This document shows, piece after piece, positions 10,311-20,211 of a DNA stretch of 64,000 bases. Both the position numbers and the translations under genes were made by a program. The notes below the pieces were generated by a model. It saw nothing but the letters and a program-made list of their open reading frames with translations, was not told where the DNA came from and did not search any database. How positions within the stretch are numbered: the first letter of the stretch is position 1; the number at the start of each line of letters is the position of its first letter. The stretch comes from Roseibacillus sp. (lineage in GTDB: Bacteria; Verrucomicrobiota; Verrucomicrobiia; Verrucomicrobiales; Akkermansiaceae). Location of the stretch: the NCBI GenBank assembly GCA_028821775.1, contig JAPKFB010000005.1, positions 26,257-90,256 of the forward strand. Reading direction: 5' to 3'.

Positions 10311-11225
10311 GTGCCTCACGACTCTCTACAGACGCTCCGCACAAAGCTCAACTCCACCATCCTCGGATCTGAGCAGGCCGCCGACCTTCTGCTCACTGCC
10401 CTTCTTGCCCGGGGACACGCCCTGGTGACCGGTCCCCCTGGCATCGGAAAGACCTCCCTGGCTTCTGCCCTCGCGGTCTCCCTGGGCGGCAGTTTTAAAC
10501 GACTACAGTTCACGCCCGACCTCCTCCCTTCCGACATCATCGGATACAATCTCTACCGCCAACAGGACGGCGATTTCGATTTCATCGCGGGCCCCGTCTT
10601 TTCCAACCTCCTTCTCGCCGACGAAATCAATCGCGCTTCGCCTCGCACCCAGTCTGCTCTTCTGGAGTCGATGAACGAACGCCAAGTATCCATTGACGGC
10701 GAAACCAAGCCCCTGCCCATCCCCTTCCTTGTGGTCGCCACTCAAAACGACACTTCCTCCACGGGCACCTTCCCGCTTCCGGAACCGCAGCTTGATCGCT
10801 TCCTCCTCTCCATTCCCATGACCCTGCCCTCGGAGGAAACCCAACTCGACATTCTCAAGCTTCACAGCAACGGTGCCGCCAACGCCAAAGATTTCACCAG
10901 CATTCTCCCGCTCGAGGAGCTCATCATCCTGCAGGAGAACGTCGCCGCCCTCTCCATCTCCGACACTCTCCAACGCTACCTCCTTGCGCTCTGCCAATCC
11001 ACCAGGTCGCTCGTCGGTCAGGATCACGCCGTATCCGTCCGCGGCACCCTCGCCCTGCAGGCTGCCGCCAAGTCCTACGCTTTACTCGACGGCCAGTCCG
11101 CCGTGCACCCCGATCACGTCCAAGCTGTTTTTCCCCACGTCTTGCGGCACCGCCTGCTCACCGACGACTCCCCGGACCCGGAACCCATTCTCAACGCCGT
11201 CCTGGCCCAGACCCCGGTGCCCTGA
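10311..11225 (+). CDS. MoxR-family AAA+ ATPase
   Basis: Walker A GPPGIGKT and Walker B LLLADEINRA. ~300-aa MoxR architecture, followed by DUF58 and transglutaminase genes. Confidence 0.9.
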   Translation: MPHDSLQTLRTKLNSTILGSEQAADLLLTALLARGHALVTGPPGIGKTSLASALAVSLGGSFKRLQFTPDLLPSDIIGYNLYRQQDGDFDFIAGPVFSNLLLADEINRASPRTQSALLESMNERQVSIDGETKPLPIPFLVVATQNDTSSTGTFPLPEPQLDRFLLSIPMTLPSEETQLDILKLHSNGAANAKDFTSILPLEELIILQENVAALSISDTLQRYLLALCQSTRSLVGQDHAVSVRGTLALQAAAKSYALLDGQSAVHPDHVQAVFPHVLRHRLLTDDSPDPEPILNAVLAQTPVP

Positions 11226-11326
11226 GAACGCTCGCCCACAACCCGGATCCCGGCGGTTCCCGGTTCGGACTGCAGACCCTCTCCCGCCCACAGTCTCCTG
11301 AACCTTGTTTGTCTCCCTCTTGGCTC

Positions 11327-11776
11327 ATGCCCCGCTCCCGACTCATCGTCCTCCTTTGGATCATCGGGACCGTCCTTTTTCTGGGCCTGTGGGCCAACTC
11401 CCTGGCACGCAAGTCGATTGTTCGTTACCAAAATCCCACCGCGGAGAAACAGAGCACCGTCGGAATCGTGGCCGGGAGCGTCGAGATCACCTGGGAGACA
11501 ATTTATGGACGCGGACCGCCCCGCGTTGAGGGATTCCGCTACAAATATGAGAGCGGCAAATTGCCGGGCCCTCTGCCTGACTACAAATTCGGCCGCTTCT
11601 ACCACCACGTTCGCGATGGCGATTTCTCCGGGACCATGATCGAGGTTCCTCTTTGGTTTCTCCTCGCACTCTATTCCCTCCTCCTCTGGCCGCTCCATCG
11701 CCGGGCCTTGAAACGCGAACGGACCCCGCCCCTCGACCTCTCAGCCCAGTCCAAGGACCTCCCTCAATCAGAGTAG
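11327..11776 (+). CDS. Hypothetical two-TM membrane protein
   Basis: ATG 11327 gives MPRSRLIVLLWIIGTVLFLGLW. A second TM lies near the C-terminus (VPLWFLLALYSLLLW). Sits inside the MoxR operon. Confidence 0.55.
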   Translation: MPRSRLIVLLWIIGTVLFLGLWANSLARKSIVRYQNPTAEKQSTVGIVAGSVEITWETIYGRGPPRVEGFRYKYESGKLPGPLPDYKFGRFYHHVRDGDFSGTMIEVPLWFLLALYSLLLWPLHRRALKRERTPPLDLSAQSKDLPQSE

Positions 11777-11888
11777 ACCCTTTCCCTAAGATTCGGCTGA
11801 CGCCACTCGTCTCCCCTCTCGAGCCTCCTCGCTTTCTGCCTACGAGTCGAGTCGAGGGCCTCGCCACCTCCTCACGAATCCCAATTCT

Positions 11889-12071
11889 TTGCCACGCCCC
11901 CGCGTCATCCTGCTCGTATGGCTGACCGACGCCTTGCTCTTGCTTGGTGCCTGGGGTCATTCCTTGTTGATGAAGTTCTACTTCGTTTATCGAAATCCGG
12001 GACTCGAGCGGCACTTCCAGCTCGGTCTCGCGGCCGGCAGTTTGACCGTCAACATTCAAGGCGCAGGCTGA
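11889..12071 (+). pseudogene. Truncated tandem paralogue of the 11327..11776 gene
   Basis: The 60 codons (TTG start) align residue by residue with the N-terminus of the upstream gene: PR.R.I.L.W....L.LG.W..SL..K....Y.NP..E.....G..AGS. The ORF stops after the first third of the full-length gene. Confidence 0.4.
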
Positions 12072-12139
12072 TAGCGCGTTAGAACCTGACTTGCATTCCA
12101 GTCTGTTCTCTGGACACTGTCTACTGAACGCTGATCCCA

Positions 12140-13267
12140 ATGCTCACTCCTCGCGGCGCTATTCTTCTCGGAGCATCTCTCGCTCTCATCGTGCTCGGAT
12201 TCGTCCGACTCGATGGCGTTCTCATCACTCTCGGATGCAGCGGCTATCTCCTCCTGGCGGGATGTCTCGTCCTGAGTCGATTTAACCTCAATCGCCTCGC
12301 GATCTCTCTGCGCTCTCCCACCCGCTTGTACGCAAACGCGCCCTTCGACCTTCGCGTGATCATCAATGACCGGCGATCCTTCCTCGATGCCTTTGGCATC
12401 AAGATCAACCTCTCCCTTGCCGATCAGGTCGACATCCAAACCTACGCCCCGTGGACTGTGGCCCACTCGGCCTCCGAAGTCCGCCTGCGAGGTTCCATTC
12501 CAGGACGCAGCGCCCTCGCGGAGCATCCATACACCCTCAATTCCGTGACTCCCCTGGGCCTCTTCCATGTCAAGGCCTCCGGCACCGTGGAGCACGAGAT
12601 CCTGGTCTTTCCGCGCCCTCTCACCCCCCGTGAACTCTTTACCCAGGGCGCCCTCCACGATGCCTCCCTCCTTCCCGGCACCACTCCCGGCAGCGCTCCA
12701 GGTGAACTGCGCGGCATTCGCCCATGGCAACCGGGTGACCCCGCCAAGCGCATCCACTGGCCGGCCTCCGCGCGTTCCCTCAGCCGCCGCCGAGGACTCC
12801 GCATTCGCGAGAATGACCCGCCCGGCTTCTATCCCCAACACTGCACTGTGCTTTTCCACTCCTACGGCATGTCCGGGGAACTCATCCGCGCCGATCGCTT
12901 CGAGCGGGCGCTCTCCCTCACCTGCGGCACCCTCCGCTACCTTCGCGAACACGGGATCCCGACCACCTTTCTCGCCGACTTCAATGAGTGGAGCCCGCTC
13001 ACCGTCTCCTCCCGCCACACCTTCGGCAAACTCCTCATCTCACTCACGCGCGCCCATCGCCGCAATGACACCGAGGCGCACGACTTGGATCCCGTCATCG
13101 AACGCATTCCCAAAGAACAGTCCCTGATCGTTCTCTCCGACATGCCTCCCAACGCCTGGGTAGACGCCCTCCCGAGTCGCCCCGCCGTCGTGGTCGACGT
13201 CCGCCAACACCGCTATGGCACCAGGAAACTCCAACCTGAGCCCGCCACCACCAACAGTGACCCGTAA
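12140..13267 (+). CDS. DUF58 domain protein (MoxR-associated, vWA-like)
   Basis: LRGIRPWQPGDPAKRIHWPASARS matches the DUF58 core motif. Two N-terminal TM helices. Confidence 0.85.
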   Translation: MLTPRGAILLGASLALIVLGFVRLDGVLITLGCSGYLLLAGCLVLSRFNLNRLAISLRSPTRLYANAPFDLRVIINDRRSFLDAFGIKINLSLADQVDIQTYAPWTVAHSASEVRLRGSIPGRSALAEHPYTLNSVTPLGLFHVKASGTVEHEILVFPRPLTPRELFTQGALHDASLLPGTTPGSAPGELRGIRPWQPGDPAKRIHWPASARSLSRRRGLRIRENDPPGFYPQHCTVLFHSYGMSGELIRADRFERALSLTCGTLRYLREHGIPTTFLADFNEWSPLTVSSRHTFGKLLISLTRAHRRNDTEAHDLDPVIERIPKEQSLIVLSDMPPNAWVDALPSRPAVVVDVRQHRYGTRKLQPEPATTNSDP

Positions 13268-13341
13268 GTCCTCTTCAGAGCCCCAAAATTACTATGATCC
13301 CAGTATCTCTCTGACGCTCCCTCCTTTCGACCTCCCCATCA

Positions 13342-15090
13342 ATGCGCAGCATCTTCCTCGCCGTCACCATTACCACTGCCTACGCTCACCTGAGCGGCTG
13401 GCCAGCAGATCTGCATCCCGTTCTCCGGGCCTGCTTCGCGGTGTTGGTGCTTGTCCTGGGGATCGGTCTTTGGCGAAAGCGGGAACGCCCGGCCACGAGC
13501 CAGGCCCGGGCGGTCCGGGCTCCCCGTTGGCCCGACTACCTCGCGATCGGCCTCAGCGTGTTCGCCATCGAATGCCTCTTTCTCTTCTTCCTCAGCGTGT
13601 TGCCTCCCCGTGCCGAAGAGCTCGCCTACGCGGTGGAAGCAACCCTGCGTCCTGAGCGGGCGGCGGCCCGACTCCTTGCCATCGAGGGTCCCGGCCAGGG
13701 CACCCATGCGACCGTCGTTTCCGGCAACTGGCTCTGGGACGATCAAGGCAACCGCCACCTGCCTCTCAGCACCAACGCGCGGCCTTCCAACAAACCCGAG
13801 GCATTTTTCGCAGCTTCAGACCGGGAAACATCGGCCAGACTGCTGCGCAACCGGCCCTACCTTCGAGCCTTTGCTCTTGAGCAGTTTGAGGACTCCACCT
13901 GGTCTCCCCTCGCCATCTCTGCTGTCGCCCTCAATGCCGAGACCAATGGTTGGGTCACGATTCCCCAACCAGCCGGTCGCCCCGGCCCCGCCCTCCAGGG
14001 CGTCGTCACCCTCCCCGCCCAGTCAGGGGGTAAGAACGTCTTCACCGCCCTCCAAGGTGCCACCCGCGCCAAGCTCTCCCAGATTCGTCGCGTCGCGCCC
14101 GGCATTCTGCGGCTCAATCCCCTCCGCAATCCTGAACACGGTTACACCTATGATGCCGCCTCAAAAACAGTCACCTTCAACTCCCTCATCGAAACTGGAG
14201 TCCTCCAGAGCTTCGTCGTCCCCAAGGAGGCCGACCCTCATCTCACCAAGCTCCCCGAGGACGAAGAACTGCGGCAGGCTCTCTTCGACATCGTGTTCAA
14301 GACCCAGGGGCCTATCGAAGCCCGCTTACTAGCCATCCGCCGCTATCTCCGGTCCAACTGCCAATACTCACTCAAGATCGAGAACGCCGATCAGCGCGAT
14401 CCCGTTCTCAACTTCCTCCTTCATGAGAAACGCGGGCACTGCGAATTTTTTGCCACCGCGGGAGCGCTCCTCTGCCGCGCCCTCGATATCCCCGCCCGCG
14501 TCGCCTACGGATGGAGCGGCGGCCGCTACTTCGAGTCCCCCAATCTCTTCATGTTCCGCGCTCGCGAAGCGCATTCCTGGACCGAAATCTACCTCGAGAA
14601 CGTCGGCTGGGTCATTTTTGACACCACGCCACCCAGCGCTCTCGAACAAACCATCGCAGGGCCCGATGAGAAGTCGCCCTTGAATGAGGATGGTGAGATC
14701 GAGCCCGATTCTCATGCCTGGTCGAACGACGATTCCAACCTTTGGATTTACCTCGCATTAGCCGTCGGAGTCGCCCTCCTTCCGGTGGCCTGTTTCATTC
14801 TCCGCTTCCGCAAAAGACCGGTCACCTTGCCCGGCTCCGGCTCCACCAGCTTGCTTCCCGATCCACCCGGCTACCTCGCGCGCTTCAGACAGGCCTGTGC
14901 CCGATGCGGAAATCCCATGCCCGTGGGCCGCACCCTTCGCCAGCACCTCGCCACCCTCGCCCATGAGGAGCAGGCACCCTCCTTCGCGGACGATCTCTTG
15001 GATTACCACTATGCGGTTACCTACGGCGAAGCAAAACCCAACAAGCTCCGCGAATCCGCGCTCACGAAAACGATCAACAAGTGGGTTTGA
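13342..15090 (+). CDS. Transglutaminase-like membrane protein (TgpA type)
   Basis: Cys-His-Asp core: RGHCEFFATAGALLCRALDIPARVAYGW, AHSWTEIY, IFDTTP. TM segments at both ends. Confidence 0.85.
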   Translation: MRSIFLAVTITTAYAHLSGWPADLHPVLRACFAVLVLVLGIGLWRKRERPATSQARAVRAPRWPDYLAIGLSVFAIECLFLFFLSVLPPRAEELAYAVEATLRPERAAARLLAIEGPGQGTHATVVSGNWLWDDQGNRHLPLSTNARPSNKPEAFFAASDRETSARLLRNRPYLRAFALEQFEDSTWSPLAISAVALNAETNGWVTIPQPAGRPGPALQGVVTLPAQSGGKNVFTALQGATRAKLSQIRRVAPGILRLNPLRNPEHGYTYDAASKTVTFNSLIETGVLQSFVVPKEADPHLTKLPEDEELRQALFDIVFKTQGPIEARLLAIRRYLRSNCQYSLKIENADQRDPVLNFLLHEKRGHCEFFATAGALLCRALDIPARVAYGWSGGRYFESPNLFMFRAREAHSWTEIYLENVGWVIFDTTPPSALEQTIAGPDEKSPLNEDGEIEPDSHAWSNDDSNLWIYLALAVGVALLPVACFILRFRKRPVTLPGSGSTSLLPDPPGYLARFRQACARCGNPMPVGRTLRQHLATLAHEEQAPSFADDLLDYHYAVTYGEAKPNKLRESALTKTINKWV

Positions 15091-15740
15091 GGAGGTGCGA
15101 ATCCCTTGCACCTGCCCCCAGCGATGCGATTGGTGTAGGGATGAAAAGTCGACTCTGGATTGTTCGGACCCAGCGGGGCGTCATCCAACTCCTTCTTTCG
15201 GCAACTCTTCGTCGCGGAGGAAACCGCGAGCAAGATGGTTTTCTGGGTGATGAAAATTTACGGCCGCCAGTTCCGACCCCGGAGGGGTCGCCGCAATCTC
15301 CGCCCTGCTCTCAACCTGAGGCCAAAAGTTTTCGAGAGGCCTGGAACTTGATCCTTCCCAGGATCGGGACAGAAGACCTTATCCTTGCGCCATTCCGGCT
15401 AGGGCTGTCAGGGTTGTGTTGCCAGAACAGCGCCCAGGAGCAGGGAGTGCTGACAAGGCGTCCCATCGATCCTGGCTGAGCATTTGGCGCTCTTCTCTCA
15501 TCTGCGTCGCGCATCGCTCGCCACCGAAATCTCCGCCGACCACCTTGCCCGCGATCCCATGACGAAGGCAATTAAACAGAAGCGGCGAAGTTTCGTGGCG
15601 TCCTTGTGATCCGATCACTAAGCGACCCCGCACCCGATCTCTTGCTAGGCAATTGTCCAAATGAGGGCTCTCCACATCCGCGACCTCATCTCCCCAAAAC
15701 CGTCGCGATCGGCAAATCTCGCCGAGGCGAGGTCGCCCGC

Positions 15741-16400
15741 CTACCTCGCTTGGGTTATATGGGGCGGGCGGAGGTAAAACGGCTCCGGTGGAATGCCGAG
15801 GAGCACCTCGCGCTCCCTTTCACTCTTCGCGGCCCATGCCTCGAGCAACCGCGCCGCGCAAGGAGTCGCCCATTCGATCTCAATCTCAGCTGGCAGTTTG
15901 AGGCGGCCGGGATCTTCCAGCGTCAGCAAACTGACCCCGAGCCGGCTCGCAGAGGACACCTTTTGCATAAAAGGCTTGTGCCCTACTATATCAGGATTTC
16001 CCAATAATGCTCCGCCACAAAGCTCCATCGAGAAAAACGATTCCCGCCGAGCATCCCCCACCGCGAGGCACTTTCCGCCCGCCCGCACCTTGGCCAGCGC
16101 TTCCATCGAACAAATCCCGATCGTGGGACAGCCGTGAACTAGGGCCACCCCTTGCCCAGCCGCGATCCCGACCCGGGCCCCATTGTAGCTCCCAGGGCCA
16201 GTCCCAACGACCACAAGATCAATGCTCTCCCCTGATAGCAGGCTCAAAGCCTGCTCAAGAGGCTCAAGGAGGACCTCCGAAGGTCGCCGACCAGCCTCGA
16301 TTTCCACAGAAAACACCACTTTTCCCGCACGCTCCAGCGCAACCGAGGCTCGCACGGAACTCGATTCGAGGGCCAAGCAAAGACCGTCCGACACAGCCAA
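15741..16400 (-). CDS. tsaB: tRNA threonylcarbamoyladenosine biosynthesis protein TsaB
   Basis: LALESSS...ASVAL and VVGTGPGSYNGARVGIAAGQG are TsaB/YeaZ signatures. The likely start is TTG 16400 or GTG 16394; the 302-aa maximal ORF overruns the divergent citrate synthase start. Confidence 0.8.
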   Translation of the reverse strand: MAVSDGLCLALESSSVRASVALERAGKVVFSVEIEAGRRPSEVLLEPLEQALSLLSGESIDLVVVGTGPGSYNGARVGIAAGQGVALVHGCPTIGICSMEALAKVRAGGKCLAVGDARRESFFSMELCGGALLGNPDIVGHKPFMQKVSSASRLGVSLLTLEDPGRLKLPAEIEIEWATPCAARLLEAWAAKSEREREVLLGIPPEPFYLRPPHITQAR

Positions 16401-16547
16401 ATCGTAGTAACCCCGGTGAGATCTCCAATGACGAATCTCACACTTTCGAAATGTTGTGTCGATTCCACCTTGCACGGTGGTCTCAGGCCCGCTTTTTTCG
16501 CGGGGCGCAAGTCCACCCATCTGCGCATCTCCACCAAAAACTACTAT

Positions 16548-17678
16548 ATGTCCGATTACGCTAAAGGTCTCGAAGGAGTCACCGCAAACGAATCCACGCT
16601 CTCCAACGTAGAAGGCCTCGCCGGCCGCCTCTCTTACTTGGGCTACCATATCGACGATTTGGTCGAGAACTGTTGCTACGAGGAAGCAGTCTACCTCCTA
16701 CATCGCGGCAAGCTCCCCACTCAGGCCGAGCTCGACGCCTTCAAGAAGGAACTCGCCAGCCACCGCACCATTCCACAGGGCGTGATCGATTTCCTCCACG
16801 CCGCTCCCAAAGAGGCGAGCCCCATGGATGTCCTTCGCACCGCGGTCTCCATGCTCGGGCTCTACGACAAACGCGCCAAGATTGGGGAGCCTGATCAGGA
16901 CGCCAACCGCGAGGTCGCCCTCTCCATCTGTGCCCAGATCGGCACCATCGTGGCCTACCACCACCGCGCTCGTCAGGGGCTCGATCTTCCGCCCGTGCGG
17001 GAAGACCTCTCTGAGGCCGCCCACTTTCTCTATCTCTCCACCGGCGAAGAGCCCGGCGAGCAGGCGATCAAGACTCTCGACATCGCCTACATTCTTCACG
17101 CCGACCACGGCATGAACGCCTCCACCTTTTCCGCTCGAGTGACGGTCGCAACGCTCTCCGACTTCTACTCCGCGATCACTTCCGCCATCGGCACCCTCAA
17201 GGGCCCCCTCCATGGCGGTGCCAACGAAGGCGTGATCAAGATGCTCAACGAGATCGGCGAACTCGATAAGGTCGACGCCTTCATCGAAGACGCCCTCGCC
17301 AACAAGAAGAAGATCATGGGCATTGGTCACCGCATCTACAAGGTGCTCGACCCCCGCGCCCCGCACCTCAAGAAAATGGCCCGCAAGCTCACCGAAGAAC
17401 TCGGCGAGCCCAAATGGGTTCAGATGTCGGAGCGTATCGCCGAGCTCATGAAGGAAGGAAAGGGCCTCAATGCCAACGTCGATTTCTACTCGGCCACGGT
17501 CTACTACTCGCTGGGCCTTCCCACCGATCTCTTCACGCCCATCTTTGCGATCGCCCGCGCCAGCGGATGGACGGCCCAAGTCCTCGAGCAACTGGAGGAC
17601 AACCGCCTCTATCGCCCGCTCACCAAATACGTTGGCCCGCAGGAACTCGTTCCCGTGCCCCCCATCGACGAGCGCTAG
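16548..17678 (+). CDS. gltA: Citrate synthase (short, ~376 aa type)
   Basis: GHRIYKVLDPRA signature and MSDYAKGLEGV N-terminus. ATG at 16548. Confidence 0.9.
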   Translation: MSDYAKGLEGVTANESTLSNVEGLAGRLSYLGYHIDDLVENCCYEEAVYLLHRGKLPTQAELDAFKKELASHRTIPQGVIDFLHAAPKEASPMDVLRTAVSMLGLYDKRAKIGEPDQDANREVALSICAQIGTIVAYHHRARQGLDLPPVREDLSEAAHFLYLSTGEEPGEQAIKTLDIAYILHADHGMNASTFSARVTVATLSDFYSAITSAIGTLKGPLHGGANEGVIKMLNEIGELDKVDAFIEDALANKKKIMGIGHRIYKVLDPRAPHLKKMARKLTEELGEPKWVQMSERIAELMKEGKGLNANVDFYSATVYYSLGLPTDLFTPIFAIARASGWTAQVLEQLEDNRLYRPLTKYVGPQELVPVPPIDER

Positions 17679-17706
17679 GCACGATCATCTTCTCAGCAGA
17701 AATGAC

Positions 17707-17738
17707 ACGAGGTGGGATGTTCCCGCCTCGTTTTGTTT
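17707..17738 (+). terminator. Rho-independent terminator-like hairpin after citrate synthase
   Basis: Stem CGAGGTGGGA/TCCCGCCTCG (one G-U pair), loop TGT, then TTTTGTTT. Confidence 0.55.
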
Positions 17739-17762
17739 CCACGCAGGCACATCTCCAATGCG

Positions 17763-18131
17763 CTACCCCTTCAGCATCAGCATCCGGACTCCCACCAGGA
17801 TCAGCAGGACGCCGAAGAATTTGGAGAGCTGCTGATTACTCAGCGTTCTCATCAAGTCCGTGCCGAACCAGGCCGCCACCGCAGCACCCACTGCCGTGAA
17901 GGCCACCAACCTCCAATCAATCAGTTCGGTCTTGTTGAGCCAGTGGTTGGCAGTTCCCACCGAAGCCGTCACCACCACGATCGCCAGCGAGGTGGCCACC
18001 GCACTCTTCTGCGCCATGCCCAGGGCGAGAACAAATGCGGGTACCATCAGGATCCCGCCCCCGACCCCACACAGGGCCCCCACCAATCCGGCGGCCAATC
18101 CGATCCCAAGGCCAATCAGTAAAATTTTCAT
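17763..18131 (-). CDS. TauE/SafE-family membrane protein, half-size (122 aa)
   Basis: GLVGALCGVGGGILMVP motif and 4 predicted TM helices. Only about half the usual TauE length. Confidence 0.7.
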   Translation of the reverse strand: MKILLIGLGIGLAAGLVGALCGVGGGILMVPAFVLALGMAQKSAVATSLAIVVVTASVGTANHWLNKTELIDWRLVAFTAVGAAVAAWFGTDLMRTLSNQQLSKFFGVLLILVGVRMLMLKG

Positions 18132-18170
18132 CGCTCGATTCTCTTCTTCGCGTTCGCTCGCAAGGGGCGC

Positions 18171-19295
18171 TCAGGCACTCTTCTTCTGTTTCTTTTTCCC
18201 GGTCATGGTGAGCTCCGCCACCAGGCGATGCAGGACCATGCGATGATCAAGCTGCGTGGTGACCAAGGACTTGTCTGCATTCAAAGCTGCTTCGAGGGCA
18301 TGGCGCATCTCGGCCGTGGTAAACTGTCCCGCCTTCTTGGCCGCGAAAAACAACCCCCACGCGTTGATGCTTCCGCTCTTGGTTTGCGGCAACCAGGCCT
18401 TGTCCCCGTCCGGAAGGCGATTGAGGGCGCCGGTGAAGGCCCCCCCATTGTGCAGGGGCAATTTGGGGTGGGCATCGAGAAGAATGCGCACCATGAAAAG
18501 ATTGCGCACGGTCGGAATAATCGCCGCGCGCATCAGGCCAATCGCGCTCTCCCCCTTTTCAAGTTGTGCATCCACAAGTTCAATCGCTCGCACGGTGTCG
18601 CGACGTTCGATCGCCCTGCTGATTTCAAACACCACTCCTTTACGGCTGAGCGGCACCATCAGGCGCACGTCTTCCAGTTCCACCGTCCGTCGATCCCCCT
18701 GGTAGAGATTGAGCTTCTCCAATTCGTTTCCGATCTGCCGCGTCTCTTCACCCGCCATCTGCACAAAGAGGTCAAGTGCCTCGTGATCAAAAGCGAGCCC
18801 GAGTTTTTTCGCCCGCGTCGTGACCATGAGCGCCACTTCCTCTTCCCATCGGTCCTTCGACACATCGATCTTGTCGAAGGCCGCAACCTCGCCGTTCTTC
18901 TGAAGCCACTTGTAAAACCCGCGCCGCTTGTCGATCGCACTCGCACTCACCAGGAAGGTCACTTCGTCGCCCGTGCCCGCCTTGAGCACATCCAGCAAAT
19001 CTTCTACTCCCTGCTTCGCCCGCTCCGCCCCCCCGGTCTGATCATCCGCCAGAAAGTTGGCCCCCTTGAGCCACACGATCTTATCCGCCCCAAAGAATCC
19101 GATCGTCTGCAACCCCTCGATCGTCCGGATGCAGGCCTGGTAGGCTTCCTCCGAGTTGGCCACCACCCCCTCGATCACGTCGTTGGTGAATTCGGCCGCC
19201 TCGCCCTCCGGTTTGAGATCGTTAAAGAGAGCCATCGCCTCTTCCGAAACCCGTCCCTCGTCCGTCCCAATGACTGCATGCACTGCCCCCGGCAT
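18171..19295 (-). CDS. holA: DNA polymerase III delta subunit
   Basis: The length and the pattern ELEKLNLY...VELEDVRLMV...VFEISRAI..RD...AIELV..L are typical of HolA. Confidence 0.7.
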   Translation of the reverse strand: MPGAVHAVIGTDEGRVSEEAMALFNDLKPEGEAAEFTNDVIEGVVANSEEAYQACIRTIEGLQTIGFFGADKIVWLKGANFLADDQTGGAERAKQGVEDLLDVLKAGTGDEVTFLVSASAIDKRRGFYKWLQKNGEVAAFDKIDVSKDRWEEEVALMVTTRAKKLGLAFDHEALDLFVQMAGEETRQIGNELEKLNLYQGDRRTVELEDVRLMVPLSRKGVVFEISRAIERRDTVRAIELVDAQLEKGESAIGLMRAAIIPTVRNLFMVRILLDAHPKLPLHNGGAFTGALNRLPDGDKAWLPQTKSGSINAWGLFFAAKKAGQFTTAEMRHALEAALNADKSLVTTQLDHRMVLHRLVAELTMTGKKKQKKSA

Positions 19296-19480
19296 GCCCT
19301 CTCCTTACGTTCCGCATCCCCCAGCGACAAGCTCCTCCGCCCGGAGATGTGACATTGCAGGCGGCAAAGAGGTCAGGAGATCCGAATCACATTCCTCATC
19401 TTCAATCAATTTACCATTCCCCCGGATACAATTCTCGAGTAGAAGAATTCCGTCGAAACACCGATTTCCCACCTGCGCCC

Positions 19481-20185
19481 ATGAAAACTCTCGTCTCCTC
19501 CTCCGTCCTCGCCGCTATGCTGTGCTCCGGTTCAGCCTCCGGTTCACTCATTATCACCGGTGTCTTTGATGGACCGTTGCCTGGTGGCGATCCAAAGGGT
19601 GTCGAGATCTATGCCACGACCGCGATTGCCGACCTGAGCCTCTTTGCCATTGGCAGCGCGAACAACGGTGGGGGCACCGATGGTCCCGAATCGTCCTTGC
19701 CCACCGTGAGCCTCGCCGCCGGTCAGTTTTTCTACATCGCCAATTCCGCTGATGGGCACTTCACCCAATGGTTCGGCTTCGCTCCAAACCACCTTGGCGC
19801 AGGAGGGGGCGTCAACCACAACGGTGACGACGCCATCGAACTGTTCTTCGATCCAACTGGTCTCTTCTCTGGTGCGGAAATCGTGATTGATGTCTTTGGA
19901 GACATCAACACCGACGGGTCAGGACAGCCTTGGGATAGCCTGGACGGCTGGGCCTATCGCAACGACGGAGTGGGCGCCAACGGAGGGAGCTTCGATGCCA
20001 ACAACTGGTCATTCTCCGGCCCCAATGCTTGGGACCGGGATGACAACTTCGACGGTGGAACCGACAACGGAACCAACCTTACAGCCACTCCTCCCTTTCC
20101 CACCGGCAGCTACGTCATTCCCGAGCCGACCATCGCCTTACTCGGCGGCCTTGGTCTCCTCTTCCTCCTCCGTCGCCGGAACTAG
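19481..20185 (+). CDS. PEP-CTERM-anchored secreted protein with lamin-tail-like domain
   Basis: C-terminal IPEPTIALLGGLGLLFLLRRRN is a PEP-CTERM sorting signal. Signal peptide MKTLVSSSVLAAML. ITGVFDGP..GGDPKGVEIY and GDDAIELF resemble LTD domains. Confidence 0.8.
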   Translation: MKTLVSSSVLAAMLCSGSASGSLIITGVFDGPLPGGDPKGVEIYATTAIADLSLFAIGSANNGGGTDGPESSLPTVSLAAGQFFYIANSADGHFTQWFGFAPNHLGAGGGVNHNGDDAIELFFDPTGLFSGAEIVIDVFGDINTDGSGQPWDSLDGWAYRNDGVGANGGSFDANNWSFSGPNAWDRDDNFDGGTDNGTNLTATPPFPTGSYVIPEPTIALLGGLGLLFLLRRRN

Positions 20186-20211
20186 GAAACCCAAGCACAG
20201 TTTTCTCCATG

